Shown here: piece by piece, positions 29,771 to 40,424 of the stretch
How positions within the stretch are numbered: the stretch's first letter is position 1
Layout of the letters: each line of letters opens with the position of its first letter
Source: an uncultured candidate division Zixibacteria bacterium
Lineage (GTDB): Bacteria > Zixibacteria > MSB-5A5 > UBA10806
Direction: 5' to 3'
DNA: 64,000 nucleotides
Assembly: GCA_963817915.1 (NCBI GenBank)
Contig: CAWFQL010000016.1
Location: 288,001-352,000 of the forward strand
Translations under genes and position numbers: made by a program
The notes under the pieces: model-generated
What the model was told of the DNA's origin: nothing
Databases searched by the model: none
Seen by the model: the letters and a program-made list of their open reading frames with translations, nothing else

Positions 29771-30640
29771 ATGAGCGCCCTGTCAGAAAAGAAGAATGTA
29801 GCCCTTATATCAGTATTTGCCGCAATTACTTTAACGGGCTCAAAGACTATTGTTGGAGTATTGACGGGCAGTCTTGGAATCCTTGCCGAAGCGCTTCATT
29901 CGGGACTGGATCTGATTGCGGCCTTAATAACCTATTTCTCCGTTCGAGTTTCCGATAAGCCCGCTGACAAAGAACATCACTTTGGACACGGCAAAATTGA
30001 AAATCTTTCCGCCTTAGCGGAAACTGTGCTACTATTCATAACATGCGGATGGATTATTTACGAGGCGATCGGCCGATTAACCTCAGGACGTGTTCATATA
30101 GAGATCACTTCATGGAGTTTTATTGTTGTAATAACATCTATTTGCATAGATTTCTGGCGTTCGAGAGCCCTGATGAAAGCGGCCAAAAAACACAATAGCC
30201 AGGCATTAGAAGCTGACGCTTTGCATTTTTCGACTGACATCTGGAGCTCGGGAGTGGTTTTTCTCGGGCTGGTGTGCGCTGGTTTTGGATTGTTTTTGGC
30301 TGATTCAATCGCGGCGTTAGTGGTGGCCGCCATAGTAATTTATGTTTGTATTCAGTTGGGGAAGCGGGCGATTGATGTGTTACTCGATAGAGCGCCGGAA
30401 GGGATGGAACTTACCATAAAGAATATTGCCATGGAACTTCCGGAAATAATCTCTATTCGCGATATGCGAGTCCGCAACTCCGGGCCTGATATTTTCGTGG
30501 AAATCTCAATTTGTGTTGAACCAACGATGACAATATGCGAAGCTCACGAAATCGCAAATCAATTGGAAGGCATCCTCCTCAAGAGAATCAAGAGAATCCA
30601 CGTAAATGTACATTTGGAGCCGCAAATTGGCCCGCAATAA
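29771..30640 (+). CDS. Cation diffusion facilitator transporter (FieF-like)
   Basis: EALHSGLD, HHFGHGKIE, ADALHFSTD, C-terminal dimerisation domain. Confidence 0.9.
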   Translation: MSALSEKKNVALISVFAAITLTGSKTIVGVLTGSLGILAEALHSGLDLIAALITYFSVRVSDKPADKEHHFGHGKIENLSALAETVLLFITCGWIIYEAIGRLTSGRVHIEITSWSFIVVITSICIDFWRSRALMKAAKKHNSQALEADALHFSTDIWSSGVVFLGLVCAGFGLFLADSIAALVVAAIVIYVCIQLGKRAIDVLLDRAPEGMELTIKNIAMELPEIISIRDMRVRNSGPDIFVEISICVEPTMTICEAHEIANQLEGILLKRIKRIHVNVHLEPQIGPQ

Positions 30641-30714
30641 ATCGATTAACGGTGATAACTTCATATTAATAACGCTCAAATTCCGCATTCTAGATATCAA
30701 GGGGGGAGTAAAAT

Positions 30715-31509
30715 TTGATCAAGTTACAGGCTAAGAATCTACGGCTCTTATTGAAGGCTGCGTCCTTTGTGATTATCGTAATAATTGCGAAACTTGGTTC
30801 GCATTTTATGGGATTCGAAATACTTTCAATTAACAACCTGTTTTCGGGAATTATAGCTGGCAATGTTTTCCTAATGGGTTTTTTATTGTCCGGAGTACTG
30901 AGTGACTATAAAGAAAGCGAACGTATTCCTGGCGAAATTGCAAACTCTCTTTCGGCAATATCCGATGAATTCCTGAGCATCTATAAATTCAAAAAAGATA
31001 TGGCGGCCGAAAACGGACTGCATATCATGCAAAATTTAATTTACGATATCAATAGCTGGTTCTACAGAAAGGTCAAGACCAGGGAATTGCTGGTAAATGT
31101 CAGAGCGCTGAATGATATTTTTATGAAATTGGAAAATTCTACTCAGGCAAATTATCTTGTCCGGCTCAAAAATGAAGCCTCAACTCTGAAACGGCTAATT
31201 ATAAGAACAGATGTTATCAGAGATACTAATTTTATTTCTTCAGGGTATCTAATTGCCAGTAGCGTTACAGGCCTGTTGTGCATCGGGTTGATTCTATCAA
31301 GAATTGAACCATTTGTCGAATCGCTATTTTTTGTAAGCGTAATTTCATTTCTGATGATATTCCTGTTAATGTTGATTCGAGACTTGGATAATCCGTTTGC
31401 CTATGATGAAGATGGCTCGGCCGAGACAGTCTCGCTCTATCCCATCGCGCGACTTCAGGAAGAATTGAAAAATCTTATGGATTTTGAACATAAAGAACAA
31501 AACAATTAA
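30715..31509 (+). CDS. Hypothetical 4-TM membrane protein (bestrophin/DUF4239-like)
   Basis: GFLLSGVLSDYKESE, IRDLDNPF. Confidence 0.6.
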   Translation: MIKLQAKNLRLLLKAASFVIIVIIAKLGSHFMGFEILSINNLFSGIIAGNVFLMGFLLSGVLSDYKESERIPGEIANSLSAISDEFLSIYKFKKDMAAENGLHIMQNLIYDINSWFYRKVKTRELLVNVRALNDIFMKLENSTQANYLVRLKNEASTLKRLIIRTDVIRDTNFISSGYLIASSVTGLLCIGLILSRIEPFVESLFFVSVISFLMIFLLMLIRDLDNPFAYDEDGSAETVSLYPIARLQEELKNLMDFEHKEQNN

Positions 31510-31531
31510 TTCAATAATCAGATCAATATAA

Positions 31532-32641
31532 TTATCGAGAGCGAAGTACTACGCGTAGAATCTCTCCCGGATACCATAGCCGCATGCGCGGGCCCCAGGT
31601 TCCGGTTCCGCGAGAAACTATAACCGGCATTCCATTGATAATATATTTGCCTGCCAATAACGGATTGGCCAGACCGGAGATATAAGTGAATGGCCAAAGT
31701 TGTCCGCCGTGAGTATGCCCGCTGAGCATCAGACGCACACCCGAGTTCGCTGCCTGTTCAGCGTTCAACGGCCTATGTGATAAAAAAATTGTAGTAGTCT
31801 GAGCAGGTATTCCCGCAAGGGCGCGCTCGATTTGGCTCGAAGTATCGGCGTTCCGAAAGTGCTCATTGCGGTCGTCGATTCCAGCTAGAATTAATCCTGG
31901 CTCAAGTTCATTCCAATGATTTCTCAGCATGTGTACTCCCGCGTCCTCCAGAAATTGTATGGTCGAGTCGAGTCCTCCATGAGATTCGTGGTTGCCTGTG
32001 ACACCCCAAACGCCCAACGGCGCAGATATGTTGCGAAACAGTTGTATCATGCTTTTTTTGCGCTCGCCGGGGCTGTCTCCTTCGAAGAGATCACCAAGCA
32101 GCAATACAACATCGGGCTTGAGCGCGTTCACCTGATTGACTCGTCCCCTCAGCCATTTTTCGTCGAGCAAGTTTCCCACGTGCAGATCGGAGAGGACTAC
32201 CATTGTCATGCCGTCATATTGCCCGGGCAGATTTGGTATGCCGATCTCGTAATCGCGCACTATTGGCGCACGATAACCCTGATACAAAGCGAATATCGAA
32301 AGAAGTATTCCTGCTCCGAACGCCGACAGCCGCAAAATCGCGATATATTTCTTAAATACTAAACCGAAAATCGTGGCTAAATCAACTATCAAAAGACAGG
32401 TGAATATCAAAAAAGTCACGCCAAGCCAATTCATGCTGAAAAGCTCAAATATAGGGAATAAGCTATTTAACCCAATCTCGATCGCAACGCCGGGAAGAAA
32501 GTGTGTCATCCACAAAACCGCAATAATTATGAAAAGAGATAAACGGGAAATATGGCGTGTAATTATCGAAAGCGATGACGCGCGCCAATATATATAAAGA
32601 TGAAAAATAGTCCAGGCTGTGAATAGCATCGTGTGAAACAC
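31532..32641 (-). CDS. Membrane-anchored metallophosphoesterase (YkuE-like)
   Basis: SDLH, GD, GNHE, SH, GHTHGGQ. Confidence 0.9.
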   Translation of the reverse strand: MFHTMLFTAWTIFHLYIYWRASSLSIITRHISRLSLFIIIAVLWMTHFLPGVAIEIGLNSLFPIFELFSMNWLGVTFLIFTCLLIVDLATIFGLVFKKYIAILRLSAFGAGILLSIFALYQGYRAPIVRDYEIGIPNLPGQYDGMTMVVLSDLHVGNLLDEKWLRGRVNQVNALKPDVVLLLGDLFEGDSPGERKKSMIQLFRNISAPLGVWGVTGNHESHGGLDSTIQFLEDAGVHMLRNHWNELEPGLILAGIDDRNEHFRNADTSSQIERALAGIPAQTTTIFLSHRPLNAEQAANSGVRLMLSGHTHGGQLWPFTYISGLANPLLAGKYIINGMPVIVSRGTGTWGPRMRLWYPGEILRVVLRSR

Positions 32642-32797
32642 GATTAATTACTCCAATCGGTAGTGGGATGCCGCATGAGATGGAATATAATGGATGAAGA
32701 ATGCGGCTCAAATAACAATCTATGCAATTTCAATATTAAAAAATCCAAGCGCAACGAACTAACTTATGGATGTCGAATATGAATTTACAAAGATATA

Positions 32798-33691
32798 ATG
32801 CACCTTATCATGCCGGAACTGTCATTTCCAATTTCTCGTTACTATGACATGGTAATATTCGGCCCCAGAACAGTGCAACAGAAACCACAGAACATTCACA
32901 ATCCATCTGACCGTTTGACGATTATAGCCATCGCAATTATAGCATACGCCCTCACGAGCATTCTGCATGAAGCGTTGGGCCATGGAAGCGCGGCTATTCT
33001 TCTGGGTTTCAGACCGACCATTTTATCATCGCTGGCATTAGATTTTAATAATTCGAATATATCCGCCTGGCAGACTCGCGTAATAGCGGCCGCCGGCACA
33101 GTCTTAAATCTGTTCGCCGGGCTGATAGCGTTTCTAATTCTGAAATATTCGAAAATTAGAAATCATTCGCGCTATTTTGTTTGGCTTTTAATGACTATTA
33201 ATATCCTGGCGGGAGCCGGATATCTTCTGGTATCACCTTTCGGAAATTTCGGGGACTGGGCTGTTTTTCTTAATGGCCTTCAGTCGTTGTTACTCTGGAA
33301 GCTCCTGCTAACCATTTTGGGATTGATTTTATATATTCTTGGAATGAAAATCGCTGCCGACAATTTCAAGCCTTTTCTTCCCTATGATACTTCCCTTCGA
33401 CGAAAAGAATCATATGCCCTGACTTTAATTCCATATCTGACTGGTGGTATTTTGTATTGCCTCGCGGGGTTATTTAATCCATTTGGGATGATCTATGTTC
33501 TAATTTCAGCCGCGGCGGCATCATTCTTTGGCCACGCCGGCATGATTAATATTCCTACTATGCTGCGTAAGGTAGTGACTAATGAAACCGACTTTGTGGA
33601 TACGATCTACCGCAAATGGCAATTGATTATTATGGGCGTAATTGTACTGATCCTCTTCGTAAGTATTTTGGGACCCGGCATTCATTTTTAG
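32798..33691 (+). CDS. Membrane protein, putative M50-like zinc metallopeptidase (start uncertain)
   Basis: TM-embedded HEALGH, AAGTVLN, GDW. Confidence 0.6.
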   Translation: MHLIMPELSFPISRYYDMVIFGPRTVQQKPQNIHNPSDRLTIIAIAIIAYALTSILHEALGHGSAAILLGFRPTILSSLALDFNNSNISAWQTRVIAAAGTVLNLFAGLIAFLILKYSKIRNHSRYFVWLLMTINILAGAGYLLVSPFGNFGDWAVFLNGLQSLLLWKLLLTILGLILYILGMKIAADNFKPFLPYDTSLRRKESYALTLIPYLTGGILYCLAGLFNPFGMIYVLISAAAASFFGHAGMINIPTMLRKVVTNETDFVDTIYRKWQLIIMGVIVLILFVSILGPGIHF

Positions 33692-33828
33692 CTCGACAAT
33701 ATTGGAAAGCTAAATAATCACCCTTTTTTGCGTGTATTCTTGGTTGCGTGTCGATGCGCAACTCATTATCCAATAAAAGTTTAAAAAAATATTATCAGAT
33801 TTATGAAACTTTTGCCTTAAAATTTCGT

Positions 33829-33857
33829 TTGACATATTGAACGGCGTTCAATAAATT
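33829..33857 (+). promoter_or_regulatory. Sigma70 promoter overlapped by TetR operator 1
   Basis: TTGACA-N17-TAAATT with ATTGAAC-GGC-GTTCAAT (33836-33852) in the spacer. Confidence 0.8.
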
Positions 33858-33887
33858 AACGGTGAATGAACGCTAAGGTAAAAAGAA

Positions 33888-34517
33888 ATGGAAAGCAAAA
33901 TGGGTACTACAGAACGTAGACAAAGGGAACGAGGAGAGATGCATGACATCATCATTGATGCGGCCATGGAATTGTTCCTTACCGAGGGATATGAAAAGAC
34001 CTCGATGCGCAAGATAGCCGAAAAAATCGAATATACTCCAGGCGCGATTTATTCTTACTTCAAGGATAAAGATGAGATACTATATGAGATTCACATTCAC
34101 GGATTTACAAAACTGTCCGAGATGCTTAAGGTAGCGCTCGATGAAGTAAATCCAATGGACAAGCTCTACAAAACCGGAAAATTATATATACAATTCGCGT
34201 TGGAGAACCCTGAATATTACGACTTGATGTTTATCGATCGCAGCATTCTCAGATCCTGTTTTGAAGGTAAGGACTGGAAGCAGGGACATGCGGCATACGA
34301 TGTCCTCGTTCAGATTGTCACGGAATGTATTGATCAAGGGTATCTGCCAAAGGGAGATGTACAGGCGGCGTCGTATGCATTCTGGTCTTTGGTTCATGGC
34401 CTGGTCACATTAGTTCTCAGGGGAAGATGCATGGTGACCGGGAAAGAATTGCAGGAGCAAATGATCCATGCGTCCTATGATCTAATCATGCAAGCATTGA
34501 GAAGCGCAAAACAATAA
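33888..34517 (+). CDS. TetR/AcrR-family regulator (WHG-type C-terminus)
   Basis: SMRKIAEKIEYTPGAIYSYFKDK, WSLVHG. Confidence 0.92.
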   Translation: MESKMGTTERRQRERGEMHDIIIDAAMELFLTEGYEKTSMRKIAEKIEYTPGAIYSYFKDKDEILYEIHIHGFTKLSEMLKVALDEVNPMDKLYKTGKLYIQFALENPEYYDLMFIDRSILRSCFEGKDWKQGHAAYDVLVQIVTECIDQGYLPKGDVQAASYAFWSLVHGLVTLVLRGRCMVTGKELQEQMIHASYDLIMQALRSAKQ

Positions 34518-34533
34518 TTTTTTTTAACCCTAA

Positions 34534-34550
34534 ATTGAACGGAGTTCAAT
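34534..34550. promoter_or_regulatory. TetR operator 2
   Basis: ATTGAAC-GGA-GTTCAAT, arms identical to operator 1. Confidence 0.75.
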
Positions 34551-35967
34551 GTTTATGCGGTGTTCAAATAAAACAAAAAAAACCCTATCGGGTTGGGCGG
34601 GGGTCATGTCCATTATGGCCATGGCCTTCATTTTCTCATTTCCTGCCGCGCAGGCCTCGACGCATCTCGATAACTACCTGCGTATCGGCCTGAATCAAAA
34701 TCTCTCACTGAATCAGCGTAAATTATCGCTGCAAAAAGCTTCGGCCAGCGCCAATGAAGCGTTCGGATTGATGCTCCCTTCGGTTTCATTGGATACACGA
34801 TATAGCGAACTCAGCGGCAACAACCTCGATTTTGGCGATATGATTAATCCCGTTTATGCCACATTGAATCAGCTGATCGGCCAGAATCGCTTCCCAACCG
34901 ACCTGAGTTTGAAGCTGCCCATGAAGCAGGAAACCAAAATTAGAGTCACTCAGCCGATCTTTGCGCCCAAAGCATTTTACAACTATCGGATTCGCCGCAA
35001 TCTAAGGGATTCCGAACGAGCGGCATTTGAAGCCTCGGCCAGAGAATTGGTAGCCGAAATTAAAATGACATACTTGAATTATGCCAAAACTGTTAAGGTG
35101 GTCGAGCTTTACTCGCAAACTCTCCAGCTATTGGATGAGAATCTTAGGGTCAGCCAGAAATTAGTGGATAACCAGAAAGCGACTCTTGACGTCCTGTATC
35201 GCGCCAAAGCCGATTTGAGCGATATTCAGCAGAAATTATCCGATGCCAAACGTCAACAATCAGACGCCGCCATGTATTTCAATTTCCTGCTCAATAGGCC
35301 TATCGATGACGATATCGCGCTTGATCCCGATTCTGTTATTGCCAATATCGCGATACCATCAATCGATAATGTCATGCGCACCGGTATCGATAGCCGTGAA
35401 GAGCTTATGCAGGTCGCTAAAGGAATTCAGGCTTCATCCAATAATGTTAAACTCAATAGCTCTTCGTTTGTCCCCAGTGTCGCCGTTGCAGTTGATTATG
35501 GATTCCAGGGCGATAATTATCATTTTACCAGCCGCAACGACAACACGATAGTATCATTGGTTGCTCAATGGAATATCTTCAATGGCGGCCAGGATTATTC
35601 TCGCCGAAAACAGGCCGTCCTCGATACAGATCGTTTGAAATTACAAAAAGACGAAATTCGTAGACAGATCGAACTTCAGATTCGTCAGGCCTACGATGCC
35701 TTGATTGTCGCGCAACAAGCCCAGGCAACATCGAATGATCGTCTTCAGAGCGCGAAGAAATCATTTGAGATAGTATCGCGCCGGTACTCTGAAGGCCTCG
35801 CTTCTCAAATCGAATTTATCGACGCCCGCACGAACTACACATCATCGGGGATAAATCAAATTTTGACAAATTACGACTTTGTCCAAAAATATGTCCAGCT
35901 CGAACGAGCCGCCGCGCTCTTCGAGCTTCCAACTGAAATAACCAACAATAACAATAAAGGAGAGTAA
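34549..35967 (+). CDS. TolC-family outer-membrane efflux protein
   Basis: OEP repeats, WNIFNGG, RYSEGLAS; start uncertain. Confidence 0.88.
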   Translation: MFMRCSNKTKKTLSGWAGVMSIMAMAFIFSFPAAQASTHLDNYLRIGLNQNLSLNQRKLSLQKASASANEAFGLMLPSVSLDTRYSELSGNNLDFGDMINPVYATLNQLIGQNRFPTDLSLKLPMKQETKIRVTQPIFAPKAFYNYRIRRNLRDSERAAFEASARELVAEIKMTYLNYAKTVKVVELYSQTLQLLDENLRVSQKLVDNQKATLDVLYRAKADLSDIQQKLSDAKRQQSDAAMYFNFLLNRPIDDDIALDPDSVIANIAIPSIDNVMRTGIDSREELMQVAKGIQASSNNVKLNSSSFVPSVAVAVDYGFQGDNYHFTSRNDNTIVSLVAQWNIFNGGQDYSRRKQAVLDTDRLKLQKDEIRRQIELQIRQAYDALIVAQQAQATSNDRLQSAKKSFEIVSRRYSEGLASQIEFIDARTNYTSSGINQILTNYDFVQKYVQLERAAALFELPTEITNNNNKGE

Positions 35968-35968
35968 T

Positions 35969-37036
35969 ATGTTTAGCAAAACTAGAAATCTAACATTGGC
36001 TATGATGATTCTCGCCGGTTCAATGGCGCTCATTGGATGCGGCAGTCATCCCGATGCGGTAGCCAAAAAAGATACGACCTCGGTCGCGCCGGTTTATGTT
36101 CGGGTTGCTTCGGTTGAGCATACGAATGCGGTTCTGCCGGTCAGGGCAGTCGGCAGATTAGAAGCCAAAGAAGAGCTTCGTCTATCTTTCAAGATCGGTG
36201 GAATTGTAGAAAAAATGTTTGTCGACGAAGGCCAGCAAGTTTCCAGGGGCCAGCTTCTCGCGACCCTAAGTTTGACCGAAATCGACGCTCAACTTGCGCA
36301 GGCTCAAAATGGTTTCGATAAGGCCGATCGTGATTTGAAGAGAATAAAAAGCCTGTTTGCCGATACAGTGGCGACCCTGGAACAGCTCCAAAATGCCACC
36401 ACCGCCTGGGAAATGGCAAAGGCCGGTCTTGACGCGGCGGCATTCAACCGTAAATACGCCCAGATATATGCACCATCCGATGGTCGGATTCTCCAGAGAA
36501 AGGCCGATGATCATGAGCTGGTATCGCCCGGCACTCCGATTATTGTCATGACTGCCAATGAAAGAGGTTGGGTGGTTCGCACCAGTCTCGCCGATCGCGA
36601 TCTCGTCCGAATTAGTCTTGGCGATGCCGCAGATATCAATTTCGACGCCATACCCGGAGTTGTAATTCCCGGTATAATTTCGGAAATCGGTGCCGCGCCA
36701 AATCCCGCCAATGGGACATATGAAGTAGAAATTAAAATTTCGTCATCGGCCTCGCATTTGATGTCGGGCCTGATAGGCAAGATCGATATTATACCGTCGG
36801 CCATCAACTCTGTAACCACAGTCCCGATCGAAGCGCTGGCATCGGCGCAGGGTGAACGCGGATTCATTTATGCCCTCAATTCCGATAAGAAGACCGCCAG
36901 CAAAATTCCAGTTACGATTGCCTATCTCCGCGATGGCCGGGCCGGCATTTCGGAAAAATTGACAGGAATCAGTTCAGTAATTACGGCCGGAATCTCCGAT
37001 CTGACAGACGGGGCTCTCGTGTCGGTGGTAAAGTAA
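35969..37036 (+). CDS. RND efflux periplasmic adaptor (MFP) lipoprotein
   Basis: Lipobox LIG-C, LSFKIGG..V.EGQ.V..GQLLA, IYAPSDG. Confidence 0.9.
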   Translation: MFSKTRNLTLAMMILAGSMALIGCGSHPDAVAKKDTTSVAPVYVRVASVEHTNAVLPVRAVGRLEAKEELRLSFKIGGIVEKMFVDEGQQVSRGQLLATLSLTEIDAQLAQAQNGFDKADRDLKRIKSLFADTVATLEQLQNATTAWEMAKAGLDAAAFNRKYAQIYAPSDGRILQRKADDHELVSPGTPIIVMTANERGWVVRTSLADRDLVRISLGDAADINFDAIPGVVIPGIISEIGAAPNPANGTYEVEIKISSSASHLMSGLIGKIDIIPSAINSVTTVPIEALASAQGERGFIYALNSDKKTASKIPVTIAYLRDGRAGISEKLTGISSVITAGISDLTDGALVSVVK

Positions 37037-37077
37037 CTTTCAAATATTAAGTTGATGACACCCGGAGAGGAGCATAT

Positions 37078-40000
37078 ATGAAGCTCGCAGAATTCTCAGT
37101 TAAGAACTACCGATTTACGATAGTAGTCTTTCTATTGCTGATCGGATTGGGGATGACATCCCTGATGGATATTCCGAGATCGGAAGATCCGGTCTTTCCA
37201 ATTCCATCATTCGGCATTGTCGCTATTCTACCTGGAGGCAATCCGCATGATATCGAGCAGCTGCTTGTTAACCCGATAGAAAAGAGTCTCAAGGAATTGG
37301 AGGACGTAAAAAGAATCTGGTCGACTGCGGAAGACCAGCTTGCGATAACAACGATCGAATTTGAAGATAAATCAGATGTCCAACAAAAATACGACGCTGT
37401 CCTGAGACAGGTTAATAGCATTCGGGGCGATCTCCCCGAAGAATTACTCAGCCTCGAAGTGGTTAAATTCACTACCTCCAATGTAAATATCGTGCAGTGC
37501 GCGCTTGTCTCCGATTCAGTTGATTACAAGACTCTCGAGACCGAGGCAAAAAACCTTAAAGATCGTCTTGACGCTATCAGCGGAATTAAAAAAGCTAAGA
37601 CCGTGGCGTACCCCGAGGCTCAGGTTCGAGTTTCATTGGATCTCGAACGAATCGCGGCTCTGCGAATTCCGTTAAATCAAATAATCGGCGCGATTCAGGG
37701 TGAAAATGTAGGTATCCCCGGCGGCTCCGTAGAATCCGGGACACGGCGATTCAATCTGGAAATCTCTGGCCGATACAAATCGCTCGATGAAATCGGATCG
37801 ACTGTCATTTCGTCGTCAGGTGGCTCGGTAATCCGTGTGCGCGATATAGCGGAAATTTCATGGGGGCACGAGGATGAATCCTATACCGCTCGCTATAACG
37901 GCAAGAGGGCAGTCTTTGTCACGGCGAATTTGATGGAAGGCAAGAATATCTTCGAAGTTCGCGACAAGATATTCGCTCAATATAAAGAGATCGAAAAGAA
38001 TCTTCCCAAGGGTGTCAAGCTGGAAACAGGCTTTGATCAATCCACGAACGTCGCGCGCAGATTGAGCCATTTGCTGGTGGATTTCCTTATAGCGCTTGTA
38101 TTGGTTCTTCTCACATTGTTGCCGCTTGGGCCGCGGGCATCGATTATAGTCATGATTTCGATACCATTATCAATCGCCCTTGGAACGACATTACTATATT
38201 GGACCGGATTCAGCCTTAACCAGCTTAGTATAGTGGGATTTGTAGTCGCCCTTGGACTGTTGGTGGATGATTCCATCGTGGTAATCGAAAATATTTCCCG
38301 CTTCATCAGAAATGGCTATAGCCGTCGCGAGGCCGCAGTGGCCGCCACCCGTCAGATTGGTATAGCAGTTATAGGATGCACCGCCACTCTAATGTTCGCA
38401 TTTCTGCCACTTCTACTCCTTCCCGGGCCTGCTGGAAATTACATCAGAAGCCTACCGGCCTCTGTCTTATACACCATCGCGGCTTCGTTACTGGTGTCGC
38501 TGACTATCGTTCCGTTTTTGGCGAGTATCATCCTGAAAAAAGAGGAGCGAAAAGAAGGCAATCGTATTCTGCAAGGATTGAATTGGGTTTTGGAACGATC
38601 CTATCGCCGTCTGCTTCATTGGTCAATTGGCCACCCCGTTAAGACAGTCGTAATTGCGGCAATATTATTCATTGGAAGTCTTTCACTTATTCCGGTGGTA
38701 GGATTCAGCTTATTCCCCAAATCAGGCTTGCCCCAGTTTACTGTGAAGATTGAAGCCCCCGAGGGAAGCTCCGTTACTGTGGTAGACAACGCGGCCAAAT
38801 TTGCGGAATCGTCTCTTTTGAATAAGCCTGGAATAAAAGATGTCTTTACAAATATTGGCTCCGCCAATCCTCAAGTCTACTATAACCAATCGGATTTCGA
38901 GAAAAAAGCCAATATCGGCGAGTTGTTTGTTACCATGGAAGAATACAACGCCCACAAAACACCGAAATATCTCGATAGTCTTCGCACGGTATACAGCCGT
39001 TACCCCGACGCCAAAATAGAAATAAAAGAATTCTCGAATGGAATGGATTTCAAATATCCTATCATGCTAAGAATTATCGGTGACGATCTCGATACCCTGG
39101 GAATGCTCGCGGGCCAGGTAGAAGAAATTATGAAGAGCACCGAAGGAACGATGTCGCAGAACAACCCGATGCGCAACCCACGCACTGACCTTCATATCAA
39201 TGTCAACAGGGATAAGGCAGGGCTTCTCGGAATTCCCCTCGTTGATATACAAAGAGAAATTCGACTTGGTGTTGCGGGATTTTCGGCAGGCAAATATCGT
39301 GAAGAGGACGGCGAAGAGTATGATATCGTACTGGGATTGCCCAATAGCAAGAGACAGACTGTCGAGGCTCTCGATAAAATGTATGTCGGCTCCATGGCTA
39401 GCGGATATGTACCATTGAAGCAGGTAGCCTCGCTCGAATTCCAAACATCGCCGACCAAAATAGATCATTACAAACTTAGACGATCTGTATCTGTGGGATG
39501 CGATGTCAAAACCGGCTATAACACGGACCGTTTAACAAAGCAGGTACTCAAGGAAGTACAGGGTATGAGAATGCCATCCGGTTATGAAATCGTACCGTCG
39601 GGAGAAATCGAAAGCCGCGAGGAAAGTTTCGGCGGCTTCGGTTCGGCGATTCTTATCGCCGCATTCGGAATGCTGGTCGTTTTGATACTGGAATTTAAGA
39701 CGTTTAGAGGGACTCTGATCGTAGCCTCGGTAATACCGTTAGGGATAATCGGAGGTATCGCGGGACTCCTCTTCACCGGCGAGACCCTATCGTTTGTTTC
39801 TATGATTGGATTCATCGCATTGATGGGAATCGAAGTTAAGAATTCGATTCTCCTCGTGGATTTTACCAATCAGCTGCGAGAAAAAGGCATGGGTATCGAT
39901 GACGCAATTCAGCAAGCGGGCGAAATAAGGTTTGTACCGATACTTCTAACAACCTTGACCGCAATCGGCGGCCTGTTACCGTTAGTCATAGAAGGCGCGC

Positions 40001-40140
40001 CGCTGTATGCACCGTTAGCAATTGTAATCATCGGCGGCCTGATCAGCTCGACTATCCTGGCTCGTTTGGTCACACCGGTGATGTATAAATTACTTGCTCC
40101 GGAAATCGTACATTCCAATCAGGCGATAGAAGCAAAATAG
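37078..40140 (+). CDS. RND efflux permease (AcrB/AcrD/AcrF family)
   Basis: 1020 aa, GLLVDDSIVVIENI, KNSILLVDF, RFVPILLT. Confidence 0.95.
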   Translation: MKLAEFSVKNYRFTIVVFLLLIGLGMTSLMDIPRSEDPVFPIPSFGIVAILPGGNPHDIEQLLVNPIEKSLKELEDVKRIWSTAEDQLAITTIEFEDKSDVQQKYDAVLRQVNSIRGDLPEELLSLEVVKFTTSNVNIVQCALVSDSVDYKTLETEAKNLKDRLDAISGIKKAKTVAYPEAQVRVSLDLERIAALRIPLNQIIGAIQGENVGIPGGSVESGTRRFNLEISGRYKSLDEIGSTVISSSGGSVIRVRDIAEISWGHEDESYTARYNGKRAVFVTANLMEGKNIFEVRDKIFAQYKEIEKNLPKGVKLETGFDQSTNVARRLSHLLVDFLIALVLVLLTLLPLGPRASIIVMISIPLSIALGTTLLYWTGFSLNQLSIVGFVVALGLLVDDSIVVIENISRFIRNGYSRREAAVAATRQIGIAVIGCTATLMFAFLPLLLLPGPAGNYIRSLPASVLYTIAASLLVSLTIVPFLASIILKKEERKEGNRILQGLNWVLERSYRRLLHWSIGHPVKTVVIAAILFIGSLSLIPVVGFSLFPKSGLPQFTVKIEAPEGSSVTVVDNAAKFAESSLLNKPGIKDVFTNIGSANPQVYYNQSDFEKKANIGELFVTMEEYNAHKTPKYLDSLRTVYSRYPDAKIEIKEFSNGMDFKYPIMLRIIGDDLDTLGMLAGQVEEIMKSTEGTMSQNNPMRNPRTDLHINVNRDKAGLLGIPLVDIQREIRLGVAGFSAGKYREEDGEEYDIVLGLPNSKRQTVEALDKMYVGSMASGYVPLKQVASLEFQTSPTKIDHYKLRRSVSVGCDVKTGYNTDRLTKQVLKEVQGMRMPSGYEIVPSGEIESREESFGGFGSAILIAAFGMLVVLILEFKTFRGTLIVASVIPLGIIGGIAGLLFTGETLSFVSMIGFIALMGIEVKNSILLVDFTNQLREKGMGIDDAIQQAGEIRFVPILLTTLTAIGGLLPLVIEGAPLYAPLAIVIIGGLISSTILARLVTPVMYKLLAPEIVHSNQAIEAK

Positions 40141-40168
40141 AAAATTGACTTCCGAGAAATGACTGCTG

Positions 40169-40200
40169 AAAAGGCGGATTCGAAATTTGAATCCGCCTTT
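40169..40200. terminator. Terminator after the RND operon
   Basis: AAAGGCGGATTC...GAATCCGCCTTT. Confidence 0.65.
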
Positions 40201-40424
40201 GATATTGGTAAATACCCTAATCAAATTCAATATTGTTTTGATGGTTAGGCGGCTAAATGATCGAAACTTCGAAACATTGTTCATAGTTATTGGAAACGTA
40301 GCGATTATCTCATTTTTAAATTTGCGTCATGCCTTAATTGAGATAAAATAGAGAATGAAGAATAATGGAGATTGAATTTGAATTCAGCTTTTACTAAGAA
40401 AAATATCAAAATACGGGAGACCAT

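Noticed and set aside
37107..40118. Many short antisense ORFs within the RND gene (likewise within bipA and kdp)
   Set aside because: They overlap well-supported genes on the opposite strand and have no recognisable motifs.
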